Positions 37,595 through 50,648 of a DNA stretch of 64,000 nt are shown here, piece after piece (position 1 is the first letter of the stretch; each line of letters starts with the position of its first letter). A program made the translations under genes and the position numbers. Under the pieces are notes generated by a model. It saw only the letters and a program-made list of their open reading frames with translations. It was not told where the DNA came from and did not search any database. The stretch covers positions 102,550,001 through 102,614,000 of the forward strand of contig NC_058368.1 of NCBI RefSeq assembly GCF_018350175.1, read 5' to 3'. This DNA is from Felis catus. Its lineage: Eukaryota.

Positions 37595-40500
37595 AAAAAT
37601 GGCAATGTGTTGTTTCACTACCCACAGATAAACTCAACTTGACGCTGCAAATAGTAATAAACAGCACTTTGCTGAGGTATATAAACTAGAGGAATGCAAT
37701 CTAGACTAGTCCTGAGATCTCCCTAAAGCGATCTGTATTCAAATCAACGCGATACATTAACAAATAAAATGGGGCAAATTAGCCACCTGATATCCACTCA
37801 CCCTCCATTTTAGCTCTGATGTTTGTTTCTATTTTTGAATACACGGATTTACAAATGTTTTTAATGTTCAATTGATAGGAATAGCACCATATGGTGATTT
37901 TTTTTTTTTTTTTTTAACTTTTCTTCTTTTGGAAGAGTGGTTCCTCAAACGTCCAGATCACTCCTGGGCACTTCCAATGTCCCTGGGGTATGTACTCCAT
38001 TTCAGCCATTGGAAGACCATGGCTACCCGCCCCCCCCCCCCCATGTTATATCAGCTTAGAAAAATCAACAGCTAGCTCTTACAACAACTGGACTTCAAAA
38101 AGCACAGAAAATAAGACCTGAATTTGTGAAGCTGGAAAGGGTAGAAGCAGCCCTCTAACACCGCCTTGGTAAAAAGCAAATCCCTGAGTCTGGGGCATGG
38201 ATTCAGGATAACTAAAACCAAAGCTCAGGCTTCCTAATACTCAAATAATCTGATCTAACCCTAACATTACCACCTAACCTTAAATCTTAAACTTTTTTTG
38301 TTCAGTAAACCCTACTGGTCAAAGGTAGGGGCTTATGCCAAACTCATTCACGAATTTAACTCAAACCATTTTCCCGCCATCCCAACATCTCCACACTCCA
38401 TTTGCACCCCACCCCCCATCTCCTGCCCTCCCCATTCTTCTCGAAGATTTGAATAAGCCAGAGTTGTTATGCTGGCTTTGCGTGTGTTTGTTTTGTTTTG
38501 TTTGACAAAGGGGGCAATCAAGAGACATCAGAGGGCTATCAGCTAATTGATGAGTGAAACGAAGATAATTAACTAGCAGCTTTAGAAAGTCAGGGCTGCT
38601 CCCCTCACAAAAATCGGGACGCTCTCAGATTTTCGAGAAGAAAGTTTTAGCTCTGTCTCTTATCAAGATAACAGGACCACGCCAGTCTCCATGTTAATAT
38701 CCACATGCACATCCTTGGTGACGCTGGCAGACTATCGCATGACACGAGCACTTTGTCATTTTAGTGCCTGTCTCCCCAGAGATGTGGTAGTGGGGAGGAG
38801 CCAGCTGGAATTGGAGTCTAGAAGGAATGGAGGGGTGGAAGCCGCTTGAAGAACAGTGGGTAAAGGGGGCAGTTAAAGAGTGTTCTCCAATCACCATCAC
38901 CAAGAGCCCTGCCCCCCAGGATATTCTGCACCAATCACAAGGTGCAGAAGCTTCCGGCCTAGGACTTTCCCCACTATTTACCAGCCAAAGAGCTCAATGC
39001 TGAGAAGGCCAGGGCCTTCGAGCGGTTAACACAGAAAAACACAACAGTAGATGTGTCTCCGGTTCCTGTTTCCTCTGAATTACGGTATATGAGGGATCAG
39101 AAAAACATTCTTCAGCTTTTATTCGGATGGGAGTGTATACCTGGTCCTAGCTTTTCCAAAAAATCTCTGTCAACATGGACACGTCCTCGCTCAGGACCAA
39201 GTGGGAAAAGCCGAAAGCAAAGTTATAAGGAATAAAACCGACCTGGAAATGGGCTTGGTGTATGGGAAAAGGAACTCAATTTAGACATAATGAGAAACTT
39301 TGTGGCTGCCCAAGAAGATTGTGGAGAAAGATTCTTATCTGTGTGGGGTTGTTTATGAACAGACCGGCCCCAAGGTAGTGGGCAGGTGACCTGCCCTGGT
39401 TTCCAGGGAATGAAAATGTAGAGTTGGTGATTTACACGCCCACACAAACACTAGAAGGTCTTCGCTCTTTTTACCTACTGGTAACATTCTAGCTTCCCAC
39501 TTGCACAAGGTCTTCTAGAGAAAACTGTTTCTCTGCCTTTTCACACCTGCTGACTAAGTCCACTTTGAGTTTCCGGGGAGCATGTTTAACGCTATCCCTC
39601 CCTAGACAACTATCACCAAAAAGAGATGAGCAGGGTTCTTGGTTAAACATTTGGCACGTTTGCAATGTCCTGAAATATCGCCGGACCAAAATAAAGTGAC
39701 AAGAAGCAGGTGTCCAGTGGAAAGAGAGGACCTGTACACAGAAACATTCCAGGCCCTTCGCTGGGGGGGGGGGGGGGGGGGGGGACAGAAGGCAGGGGGA
39801 GGTAGGGTGGGATCCATAAAGGAAACACACTGATGGGTATTCACCCTTCCCGGGAAGACTTGGGGATATTCAGATAACACGTTTTGTGACTAGGGACATT
39901 TACACACACTGTGTAACACAGCTGGGCTAACGTCTCAGGTCATTTCTATGCACCATTCACCTTCCATTTAATCTCCTGAGAGTCTAACAAAAGGGACCCT
40001 CCATTGAGGGGAAGGAGATTAATGGCTATCTTCACACATTTTCATACCCCAGTTTTGTTTCAACAAATCGAAACGATATAAAGCACAATTCCCATGCTCT
40101 GATGCAGGACTATGATGGAGTTTAATAGCAAAGAAATACAGAGCTAAAGAAGATGCTTCCCCCTCTACGTGTGTGTCTTTCCCCATCTCTTCTCCCAATC
40201 CTCAAACTTGCAGGAAAAAAAGAAAACACAGCAGATCGCGTCCCTTTCAGGCCCGGCAGTGCTAGAGAAACTAGCAAGTATCGCAAAACAGTGCATTCTT
40301 CTAAAGGAAAACATTTGTATACGGCTCACATTGAGAGAACCGCAATGTAGGTCAGTGTTAAGTGTCTGAAATGGAACCTCTGCTTGGAGCAGGCCCTTGC
40401 AGCGTCCTGCCCGCTACTATATCTGAACGGGTGCCCAAGCAAGGTCTGCGGATCAGTTAACAAAGTAAGGCAATTTACATCGCATGTAATGAAACCATTT

Positions 40501-41993
40501 CTGGAAAAGGATTTTTCTTTTATGCCAGTGGAGACTGGGGACATAAAGAAGATCAAAACACAAGCTACAGTTTTTTAAAACTACTTATTGGAGATTGCTG
40601 TTGCTGGTTTTATTACAATATGTATTTTACAGATTTAGGTAATAGCCCTGATTTTTCAAATCGACCTCTGTTTAGACACGTTTCACTTTGGGCTGTTTCT
40701 TGTCTGCAAAATTACAGTCATTTGCACGTTATTACAGTGAGTAGGAGACAGATTGTATTTAGCGTTGGGTGGGGGAAGGGTTATTATGGGAAGTGTTCTG
40801 CTACGGTCAGCACATAATTTCAGCCTGAAGAAAATTGCTTCTGAATGGCTGGTCTGTTAGCTAGCCAAGGAATGGTCACTGGGAGAGACTGAAAAAATAC
40901 TTCTGCTTAATCTGCATTATAGAATTACCCTCATTTCCAGAAAGATGGTCTGTGGAAAGAATGATCGTTAAAGGCAACGTGAAAACTCGTAGGTGAAACG
41001 TTGTCACAGCTCTCTTTGAATCTAAAACAATTCCGACCAAAGACGATGCCACCGGAAGGAAAAGGCCCGAAGGGAGCCCATACAGCCATTATGTTCCAAT
41101 CCATCTTTCTCCCTTGCTTTGCTTTCTCAACTCCCCCTCTTGCGATTTACAAAAATCTCTAGAACCTTCCTGACAGTGGGTTTTTAACATGCGCGTCAAA
41201 TTGTGTAGGAGTAACACAACATTCGTGGGCAAGTATATCTCTAGCTCTCACACATATATGACTGCAAGAAAAAAAACCATTCCCAATACAGCCTCTTCTT
41301 GGAAACAGTAACAGAATCCCCTTAATTGTGAAAGTATTTCATGTACTTTTGGCGCTAGAATTTCGGAATTTCTCGGCACTTTACAAACTACATTCCATTT
41401 GTGCAGATTTCAGAGAGCTGCCGGATGAATCAAGCAATGACGCTTATCAGAAACAGTAACCCCTGTCGTATTTTAATTTAAATCAAACCCTTACGCATCT
41501 GCTAAAAAAAAGTCTCAATATCTTGGTTAGAAGAAAAAAAAAAAATCAGGCGACCAAAGTTCATTTTAAAAAGTAAATAAATAAAAGAGTACCATTATAT
41601 TCCGCTCCTTTGGCTGCGGAGCATTACTTTTGTTGTGAACAACTGTGCCTCTTTTGTTTTCAAAACAAGCTTTTCTAAAGGATGAATCACTACAAACTTG
41701 TGGAGACTAGGCAATGCACGACAGAAAGCCAGAAAGTGATCGTGCTATTTCCTGCAGTATCCTCTCCACCCACCCTCTCAGCGAGCCTCCAGCCCACCAG
41801 CCAATCATCATTATGGAAATGTGCTTCTCAGCCTCCTGATTGGCTGACTCCTGGGCCAGTATGTTCAGGTTTCTACAGCTCCAAGTACCATTCTGCACGC
41901 CAGCCTGCTCTGTGGACCCTCTCCTTCCAAAAATATTTTAATCACTGATTCTTTGCCTTGCTTTTTTTCCCCTTTCTTTTTTTTTCCTTCTGC

Positions 41994-42228
41994 CTTCTTC
42001 TTCTTCTTCTTCTTCTTCTTCTTCTTCTTCTTCTTCTTCTTCTTCTTCTTCTTCTTCTTCTTCTTCCTCTCCTCCTCCTCCTCCTCCTCCTCCTCCTCCT
42101 CCTTCTTCTTTCTTCTTCTCCTTCTTCTTCTTCTTCTTCTTCTTCTTCTTCTTCTTCTTCTTCTTCGTCTTCTTCGTCTTCTTCGTCTTCTCCTTCTTCT
42201 CCTTCTCCTTCTCCTTCTTCTCCTTCTT
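41994..42228 (+). repeat. Compound trinucleotide repeat (CTT)24-(CCT)n-(CTT)15-(CGTCTTCTT)-(CTCCTT)
   Basis: Direct reading; pure CTT at 41994-42065 and 42121-42165. Confidence 0.97.
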
Positions 42229-42564
42229 AAGATTCTTCAAATTATCCAGGGAATCACCTTTTATTATTATTATTTTCAACACCTTTAAAATGCAATGATC
42301 ATACTGAGGAACTGCTAGGAATAGAAGTTAAGGTATGAGGACCTTTATTCTAACTACATTTTAATATTTTCTGTTTCTTTGTATTCTTATGGTGCTTCCT
42401 TGGATTTTAGAGGAATCCCACAAAACTTCAATGAACACGTTTGTTCTACCATATTCTTTAAGTTTTATATTGTTAACATTATCGGTCCTGACTAGACTTT
42501 TCCCTCAGATCTGTACAATCTGAAATATTTTATTAAAACAAACACTTTTTTTTAAATGCTTATT

Positions 42565-42788
42565 GGGGCGCCTGGGTGGCGCAGTCGGTTAAGCGTCCGA
42601 CTTCAGCCAGGTCACGATCTCGCGGTCCGTGAGTTCGAGCCCCGCGTCGGGCTCTGGGCTGATGGCTCGGAGCCTGGAGCCTGTTTCCGATTCTGTGTCT
42701 CCCTCTCTCTCTGTCCCTCCCCCGTTCATGCTCTGTCTCTCTCTGTCCCAAAAATAAAAAAAAAAATAAAAAAAAAAAACAACGTTGA
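42565..42788 (+). mobile_element. Young felid CAN-SINE inserted in the tail of an older opposite-strand SINE
   Basis: TSD taaatgcttatt. Confidence 0.93.
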
Positions 42789-42794
42789 TAAATG

Positions 42795-42994
42795 CTTATT
42801 TATTTTTGAGAGAGGGAGAGAGAGAGAGAAAGAGCAGGAAAGGGCAGAGAGAGAGGGAGACAGAGGATCCAAAGCAGGCACTGCACTGTCAGCGTGGAGT
42901 GAGATGTGGGGCTCATACTCATGAACCCTGAGATAATGACCTGAGCCAAACTCAAGAGTCAGGTGCTTAACCGACTGACCCACCCAAGCGCCCC
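42795..42994 (-). mobile_element. Older CAN-SINE (further minus copies at ~43040-43265 and ~43885-44071)
   Basis: (GA)n body; reverse head ends gcgcccc at 42994. Confidence 0.88.
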
Positions 42995-43459
42995 TGAATT
43001 AAAACACTTTAACTTTAATGCTGAAATGTTTTTCATCTGTTTAAATGTTTTATTTAAATGTTTTAAATGTTTTATTTAATTTTGAGAGAGAAAAAGAGAG
43101 AGAATGCAAGGGGGGGAGGGGCAAAAGAGAGGGACATAGGATCCAGAGTGGACTCTGTGTCGAGAGCAGAGAACCTTACGCAAGAATGGAACTCACAAAC
43201 CATGAGATCATGACCTCGGCCTGAGTCGGCTGCTCAATGAACTGATCCACCCAGATAGGCGCCCCACCCCATTTTTAGGAGCAAAGGAGACAATGTATGT
43301 TTGTTCATAGTTAAGACATCGTACATTTATCTATACTTTTCAAGTGTTTAAAAGTTTTTCATTCTTATCCCCAAAGACCCCCAAATATCTTAAAGATGCA
43401 CAACTCTTTGAAACTGAAAAGAGGTTTGTAATTAAAAAAAAAAAAAAAGAATAATGAAT

Positions 43460-43690
43460 ATATATATGACTCAAGCATGTTCCAGAAACTCTTCTTAATT
43501 GTTCATATATATTAATTAATTTAATCTTCATAGCAGTCCCATGAGGTAACTATTATTAGCATCAGATAAGGAGACTGAGATGCAGGAAAGATAAGTAACT
43601 TTTTCATGTATCACAGCTAAATCTTGGTGGAGCCATGATTTAATGTCGAAAGCTACCCTGAATCTGGCCACTTAGATACTGTATTAGACA
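43460..43690 (-). mobile_element. MIR remnant (similar at ~57060-57390, ~59090-59290, ~60180-60320)
   Basis: MIR core-like: tttaatcttcatagcagtcccatgaggtaactattattagc..cagataaggagactgagatgcagga..taagtaactt. Confidence 0.55.
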
Positions 43691-44660
43691 GCCACCAGAA
43701 CATGGCTCCAGACAACTATTCTACCCATTTTCTTGAGCACAGAGACATTAGCAGGTGGCTGATGACTTCTCTTCCCGAAAGAATAATGGAACTGCTTTTC
43801 AGTCAAAGAAAAGCCATTTTGATCGTTTTCCACCAGAGATCAATAATATGCCAAAGCAGCAGACATGGCACTTAAGGACTCAGCTTTTTTTCTTTTTTTT
43901 TTTAAGTTTATTCATTTATTTCGCGAGAGAGGGAGAGAGTGCAAGTGGGGAGAGGGCAGAAAGAGAGGAAAGAATCCCAAGCCGCACTGTCAGCACAGAA
44001 CCCTACACCGGGGCTCAATCTCACAAACCTTGAGATCAGGACGCTGTATGCCTGAACCATTTAGACGCCCCAGAACTCAGGATTTTTTTTTTTAAATCAG
44101 TTTCTTGTTATTACTCAATTGAAAATTTTTAAACATCAGAAAATATTACCATAATGAGCGGCAGAGTGAGGTTAAGAAATGACATAAGACTGGTTATTAC
44201 TGATACTGCTGGTACCTATACTGGGATCATAGTATTATTCATCATGTAATATACACATATATCTGGGCATTTCTATATTAAAAATCAAAAGGAATAAAAG
44301 CTACATCTGGGAGAAAGAAGGAGCTATTCGGAGACAGTTTATCCCTTGGCTTTGGAACATTTTTTGTCATTAATCCAAGATTAATCCAAGATTGTAAAAG
44401 GGTCTCAAATGACACCGCTGTGTATACAAACAAACAGCAGGTTATACTCGCTTCCTACCATTTGTTTACTCAGGTTTTTGTTTATTTGTTTTCTGGTTTT
44501 AGGTCAAATTCACTTGGTAGGCCATATATGGTGAAGATCTGTAATGTTCTGTTTATGCGTGCACTCAGGAGACTCCGCCGAACACTTTATAACTTTCTTA
44601 AACTATATTTCAATCAATAAGGAAAAAAATCAATCCCATATAGAAATATATTCAATAGAT

Positions 44661-44890
44661 GGGGCGCCTGGGTGGCGCAGTCGGTTAAGCGTCCGACTTC
44701 AGCCAGGTCACGATCTCGCGGTCTGTGAGTTCGAGCCCTGCGTCAGGCTCTGGGCTGATGGCTCGGAGCCTGGAGTCTGTTTCCGATTCTGTGTCTCCTT
44801 CTCTCTCTGCCCCTCCCCCATTCATGCTCTGTCTCTCTCTGTCTCAAAAATAAATAAATGTTAAAAAAAAAAAATTAAAAAAAAAAAAAA
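44661..44890 (+). mobile_element. Young felid CAN-SINE
   Basis: TSD agaaatatattcaataga. Confidence 0.95.
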
Positions 44891-46761
44891 AGAAATATAT
44901 TCAATAGAAATTAACGAATGAAGATGCACTATTTCATTGCAGGCCTATTACATATTGGAAGAAAGGGAGAATATGGTAATTTAGATTTCTTCAGTGCTTT
45001 CCATCTTATTCAAAGAAGTAGAATCATAAAAATGAAGCCAATGGTTTGGTCGTAGCAACGTATAGTGAAAGACACTAAATAATATAAGCAACATTGAACA
45101 GAATTAGACCAACTGAAGAGAAAAAAAATGTTTAATCTTTTCACAAAAAAGACTATGACGTTGAGATTAAAAAGAGCATTGAAGAAGTTGAAATCATGGT
45201 AACGGTTACTATTCTTAACAAATAGGGTATAATTTTGTGAAATAATGAGATTATAACACAAGGAGTGCTGATAAAACTCTTACAGAAGAAAATGGATAAA
45301 TCATTACATGTAATGAGATTTAACCATCACTGCAAGAGAAATGATATGTAATTAGAAAAAGAAATAGAATATAAAAAGAAAGCAATGTTTCTAACCATGG
45401 TTCCGCCTTACTAAAAGGCTAGTGATAAAAAAGAAAATACTCTGGGTCTATTAATAAATGATGGACACAATCATCATTAATTATAATAACAATAGTCCTC
45501 TCAAATCCAAACTTGTGTCCTATCAACCTTTCATTTTATTTAACAAACACCTGTATAGCCCCTTTATTTCACTCTGTGAAAGGCACGACGCTAAGCACTT
45601 TACAAATATAAACTCATTTCTTGTGATTCAGTTTGAGACAGTCATTCAACAAATCTCTATTGTGTTCCCCAGGTTCACAGAAGATACGACAAGGAGTAAG
45701 ACATCATCTCTGCTCTCACGATGCTTTAGATTTCATAGCTGGGTTAAGACACTTGCCAAAAAGGATTTATGATAATAAGGACAAAATGTATGCCTTTGGG
45801 GAAGAAGAAAAGCTAACTTTATCTAAGGAATCGGTGTAAGAGCTTGGGAAGAAGTAAGCTAAATCTTCACGCCACATCAGATGGCAATGGAGACAAGGTC
45901 ATGCCAAGGAAAGCAGCACAATGAACGTAGGTATAGAGGCAAAAAAAGAAGAGGAGAGCAGTGTTAGCCCAGCTTAGCTAGATCAAAGGGACCCGGAAGG
46001 GAAGGAATGGTGGTCAGGCCATAGGTTGAAGCCTTGCTATGGACAGAACCATTGTGAACCTGCACAAAGGTGTTTCGGTGAGGAAACAATGGAAGATGCC
46101 ATCCAACTCATGCTCTGCCCACCAAGCTATATGCCCTGCTCTGTGCTGTGCCAGCCTAAGAAAGGACAGCCTTTTATAATGTATTAAAAGGTACTCTCAG
46201 CCAGACTGGGTTGGAAGACTGCCTTTATGCTCTATGAAGAAGAGTTTGAGTGTAGCACATGGCAATGGATGGCCTAGCTCTAGTAGGTCTATAGAAAACC
46301 CTTGAATGTCTTCTAAATTAATTTACAGTCATAGAAATATACAGAAGTGCTCGTCAGAAAATGTCCAGGAAGTAGTCAATGCATTATATCTCCCATGTGT
46401 GCTTCAGACCTTGAACTGGTCTATTGAGACAATATTTAAGCCAACAAGTATATTCACTGGACAAAGAAAATGCTAAACATGTAATAAGCCAGCTCTGAAT
46501 TTAGAAACCCTCAGCTTAGAAAGAACAAATTCTATAAGAATACTCCACAGCCACATTAAATAAACTAACCAGAGCAGGGAGGGGTCTTTATGAATGCAAA
46601 TCTGTTGAAAGATGGGTCTTTATGAATGAAAACATGTTGATTGAAGCACAAGTTATGTCAACAAAAAGAACATAGGGTCAAAATGGGATCCCTGGGGAAC
46701 AACAACATCTAAATTTGGAGCACAAAATATAACAGCTTGGATGATGCATTTAAGTGAGGAG

Positions 46762-46763
<2 letters not shown>

Positions 46764-46796
<33 letters not shown>
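46764..46796 (+). repeat. (CA)n microsatellite
   Basis: Direct reading. Confidence 0.93.
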
Positions 46797-46798
<2 letters not shown>

Positions 46799-46895
46799 TC
46801 CAACCAGGTAAGGGATACCTCTGATAAGAACATGACCAACAACTCCAAACGCACCAGGGAAATCAAGTAAGTTTAAGACAAAAAGCCTCCACTGC

Positions 46896-47118
46896 TTTTT
46901 AAAAAAAATCTTCTGTTTCGGTTTATTTATTTTTGAGAAATAGAATGTGAGCAGGGGAGGGGCAGAGAGAGAGAGAGAGGGAGACACAGAATCTGAAGCA
47001 GGCTCCAGGCTCTGAGCTGTTAGCCCAGAGCCTGACACAGGACTCAAACTCACGAACTGCAAGATCATGACCTGAGCCAAAGCCAGGTGCTTAACTGACT
47101 GAGCTACCGAGGTGCCCC
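46896..47118 (-). mobile_element. CAN-SINE
   Basis: TSD agcctccactg. Confidence 0.9.
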
Positions 47119-47972
47119 AGCCTCCACTGTTTTTATTTGGGGGAAGGACTTAGTGATCTTAGAAGCAACAACATAAGTAAATTGGTAGCAAACACCAATG
47201 GCTTCCTTCACCACTGAAATTGAGGGGACCAATGGAGACATCAAAGGAAGCCTACTCTTTTCAGAAGCCTGCCCTCGAAAGGGAACAGAGAAGGAGAGCT
47301 TGAAGAAAGAGTCTGGGAGGAGACTTTTGTTGTTGTTGTCTTGTATGTTTCAAATATGAAACAGCCTTCAACATACGTTTTGAGAGAAAAGAGCCAGGAG
47401 AGAGAATAAATGAAGCTTTAGACATTCATTGATGAACAAAGTTCCTCACTGATAAAGGAGAGAAAGGGAAGGAGACTAGATGGTTGTGTCTTCTCCAAGA
47501 CCACCCAGCCATGACCAAGGGAGCAAGGATTTCTAGGACACGAAACCCACAACCGGGGGGAGGGGGGGGGGACGAAGTGGAGACCTTGGGAGCTGGCTCA
47601 ACAAGGAATTGCCCCCACACACCAGTAACATAAGGACATCGGTGGAGCCCAGAACAGTGCCGGCAGGCAGTGGAAGTGAAATGGCGAATATGAAGTAGAC
47701 TGACATAATTAGAATTTTTTTACGTGGACACCTAAAGCTCGAGTTAAGGGGAAAAGAAACTTCACTGGGGATATTATAAGAGATCTGTCTTCTCAGGGTA
47801 TAAAACATTTAACATGTATTGTCCTAAATGACTCCATTTTTAACAGGGTTGAGCTGACAAAAGTAAGAAGGAACGTTAGGGCTTTTCTTTACGCTCCAAC
47901 TTTATACAATGCTAAGGTGAAAGGCTTCCATAGTTACCCAGAGAGCGACAGGCAGATCAAAAGTGATGCCGT

Positions 47973-48007
47973 CATTGCTCATTGATCATTGATCATTGAT
48001 CATTGGT
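47973..48007 (+). repeat. 7-bp tandem repeat (CATTGAT), 5 degenerate units
   Basis: cattgct-cattgat-cattgat-cattgat-cattggt. Confidence 0.85.
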
Positions 48008-48244
48008 TCATGCAAAATGAAGCTGCTCACATTAAAATCTCACCAGTTTATTTTATATCGCTATTTTATTCAACTACTTAAACACCATTTATCAAACACC
48101 GATGATATTCCAGACGCTGGAATGCAAAAAAAACAAAAAAACTTGTTGATGCAAAAAAAAAAAAAAAACCAAAAAACCCCCCAGAAAACAAAAAACTTTG
48201 TTGGTTAATTCTTAAAAAGGATCTATTTTTAAAATATTTTCTTT

Positions 48245-49082
48245 TCTTTTTTTAACTTAAATTCAAGTTAGTTAACATACAGCATAGTAATGGTTTCACG
48301 AGTAGAATTTAGTGATTCACGACTTACATACAACACCTAGGGCTCATCCCAAGGGCCCTTCTTAATGCCCGTCACCTGTTTACCCCATCCCCCACCTGCC
48401 TCCCCAGCGGTAACACTAAGTTTGTTCTCTGTATTTAACAGTCTCTTCTGGTTTGCCCTCCTCTGTGTTTTTTATCTTATTTTTCCTTCCCTTCCCCTAC
48501 GTTCTTCTGTTGTGTTTCTTAAATTCCACGTATGAGTGAAATCATATGGTATTTGTCTTTCTCTGACTGACTTATTTCACTTAGCATAGTACACGATTGT
48601 GAATGGCACGATTTCATTCTTTTTCATCACCGAGCAGTATTCCACTGTATATATAAACCACATCTTCTTTATCCATTCATCAATCCGTGGACATCCAGGC
48701 CCTTTCCAAAATTTGGCTATTGTTGATAGAGCTGCTATAAACGTTGGGGTGCATTTGCCCCTTCGAATCAGCACTTTTGTATCCTTTGGATAAATACCTA
48801 CTAGTACAATTGCTGGGTCGTAGGGTAGTTCTATTTTTTAATTTTCTGAGGAACCTTCATACTGTTTTCCAGAGTGGCTGCACCAGTCTGCCTTCCCACC
48901 AACAGCGCAAAAGGGTTCCTCTTTCTCCACATCCTGGCCAACATCTATTATTTCCTGAGTTGTTAATTTGAGTTATTCTGACAGGTGTGAGGTGGTATCT
49001 CATTGTGGTCTTGATTTGTATTTCCCTGATGATGAACGATGTTGAACATTTTTCCATGTGTCTGTTAGGCATCAGGATGTCT
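48245..49082 (-). mobile_element. 5'-truncated carnivore LINE-1 (ORF2 C-terminus plus 3' UTR)
   Basis: Minus-strand peptides [29 protein letters not shown]...[16 protein letters not shown] and [34 protein letters not shown] are typical L1 ORF2p C-terminal sequence; T-rich tail near 48245. Confidence 0.92.
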
Positions 49083-49109
49083 GCCATGGAAAAGTGAGAA
49101 AGAAAGAAC

Positions 49110-49305
49110 TTGCATTCAAGCCCAAGTGGAGGGAGGGCTGAGAGAGAGACAGAGACAGAGAGAGAGAGAGAGAGGAGAATCGTAAGCAGGCTCCACACTG
49201 CCAGCACAGAGCCTATGCAAGGGCTCAATCTGATAAACCATGTGATCATGACCTGAGCTGAAATCTAGAGTTGACAACTTAACTGACTGAGTCCCCCAGG
49301 TGCCC
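49110..49305 (-). mobile_element. CAN-SINE (another minus copy at ~49794-49980)
   Basis: (GA)n body and reverse head. Confidence 0.82.
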
Positions 49306-49319
49306 TAATATTTTATTTT

Positions 49320-49472
49320 TATTTTTTTAATTGTTCTGAATATGAAGTTTATTGTCAAGTTGGTTTCCATATAACACCCGGTGCTCATTCCAACAGGTGC
49401 CCTCCTCAATGCCCATCACCCACCCTCCCCTCCCTGCCACCCCCCATCAACCGTCACTTTGTTCTCCGTTTT
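49320..49472 (-). mobile_element. Short felid LINE-1 3' end fragment
   Basis: L1 3' UTR-type sequence (tttattgtcaagttggtttccatataacacccggtgctcattccaacaggtgccctcc); 16-bp TSD cctaatattttatttt at 49304-49319 and 49473-49488. Confidence 0.8.
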
Positions 49473-50118
49473 CCTAATATTTTATTTTCAAGAAATGTTT
49501 TAAAGTTGGTTGGTCTCTTAGGGATGAACGTGTGAACATAATTCTACAAAGTCATTAACCTTTGCATTCCGGAAACAAGAAACTAATGAATGCGCCCTTT
49601 GCACCCCTTAGTGGAAGCAACTGGGTACAGGACGTCCAATTCCTGAATCCAGCCTGTCGAAACTTCAAGTAGAATCAGGTCACAAACACAAACAAAAGAA
49701 AAAAAAAAAACAGAACAAAACATGAGGGCGTTTCCGGAAGAGAACAAAACAAAAATAACCTGCAACCTCAGTGTCCATCTCAGAAATAAGTTTATTTTTT
49801 TGTTTGTTTGTTTAATTTAAGTTTATTAGTTTATTTTGGGGGGAGAAAGAGAGAGAGAATCCCACGCAGGCTCCATGCTGTCAGCACGGAGCCCAACGTG
49901 GGCTCAAACTCACGGACTGTGAGACCATGACCTGAGCCGAAATCAGGAGTCGGATGCTTAACTGACTGAGCCATCCAGGTTCTCTCGGAAAATTTACTTA
50001 AATGCGAGAGAATGAGTCGTACAGAAAGAGCAAAGTTCCTAGAATGATAAATATCATTTTGAGGCCAAGTTTAGTATAGGCTAAAGATGATGATACAAAT
50101 ATTCTAAAAATCTGTCCC

Positions 50119-50325
50119 GGGGCGCCTGGGTGGCTCAGTCGGTTAAGCAGCTGACTTCAGCTCAGGTCACGATCTCGCGGTCCGTGAGTTCGAGCCCCGC
50201 GTCGGGCTCTGTGCTGACGGCTCCGAGTCTGGAGCCTGTTTCAGATTCTGTGTCTCCCTCTCTCTCTCTGCCCCTCCCCCGCTCATGCTCTGTCTCTCTC
50301 TGTCTCAAAAAGAAATAAAAAAAAA
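50119..50325 (+). mobile_element. CAN-SINE
   Basis: TSD aaaaatctgtccc. Confidence 0.93.
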
Positions 50326-50648
50326 AAAAATCTGTCCCAAAACATTCAAAGACACTCTAATGAAAAAAAAAAAAATTGGAAGTGGTATATTATTCAGAGA
50401 AGGAATCAGAAAAGATTTATGGAAGCCATGACATATAGCTCTGGAAAATATGATACAAAAAAACATGTAAGAATTAGATACGCATATAATATCTGACAAT
50501 AGTACAAAAGCGATTAAATGACTTAGCCATTGAAAAACAGGTTACCTAGGGTTTTTCATACCATTAAATATATATTACATCTATTTTTTTATTTGAAAAG
50601 TTTGGCATATAACTTGTGTCTGATCACCTTTTAAAAACAACTTTACTT

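Noticed and set aside
38250..38290. Telomere-like ctaaccctaac…cctaacct
   Set aside because: Too short and degenerate to call an interstitial telomeric repeat.
41938..42288. Poly-K/G/E, poly-F/S/L and poly-L/S ORFs
   Set aside because: Artefacts of the CTT/CCT microsatellite.
44370..46640. Small tandem duplications (ttaatccaaga x2 at ~44370; 32-bp degenerate pair at ~46582-46640)
   Set aside because: Ordinary slippage-type duplications with no further structure.
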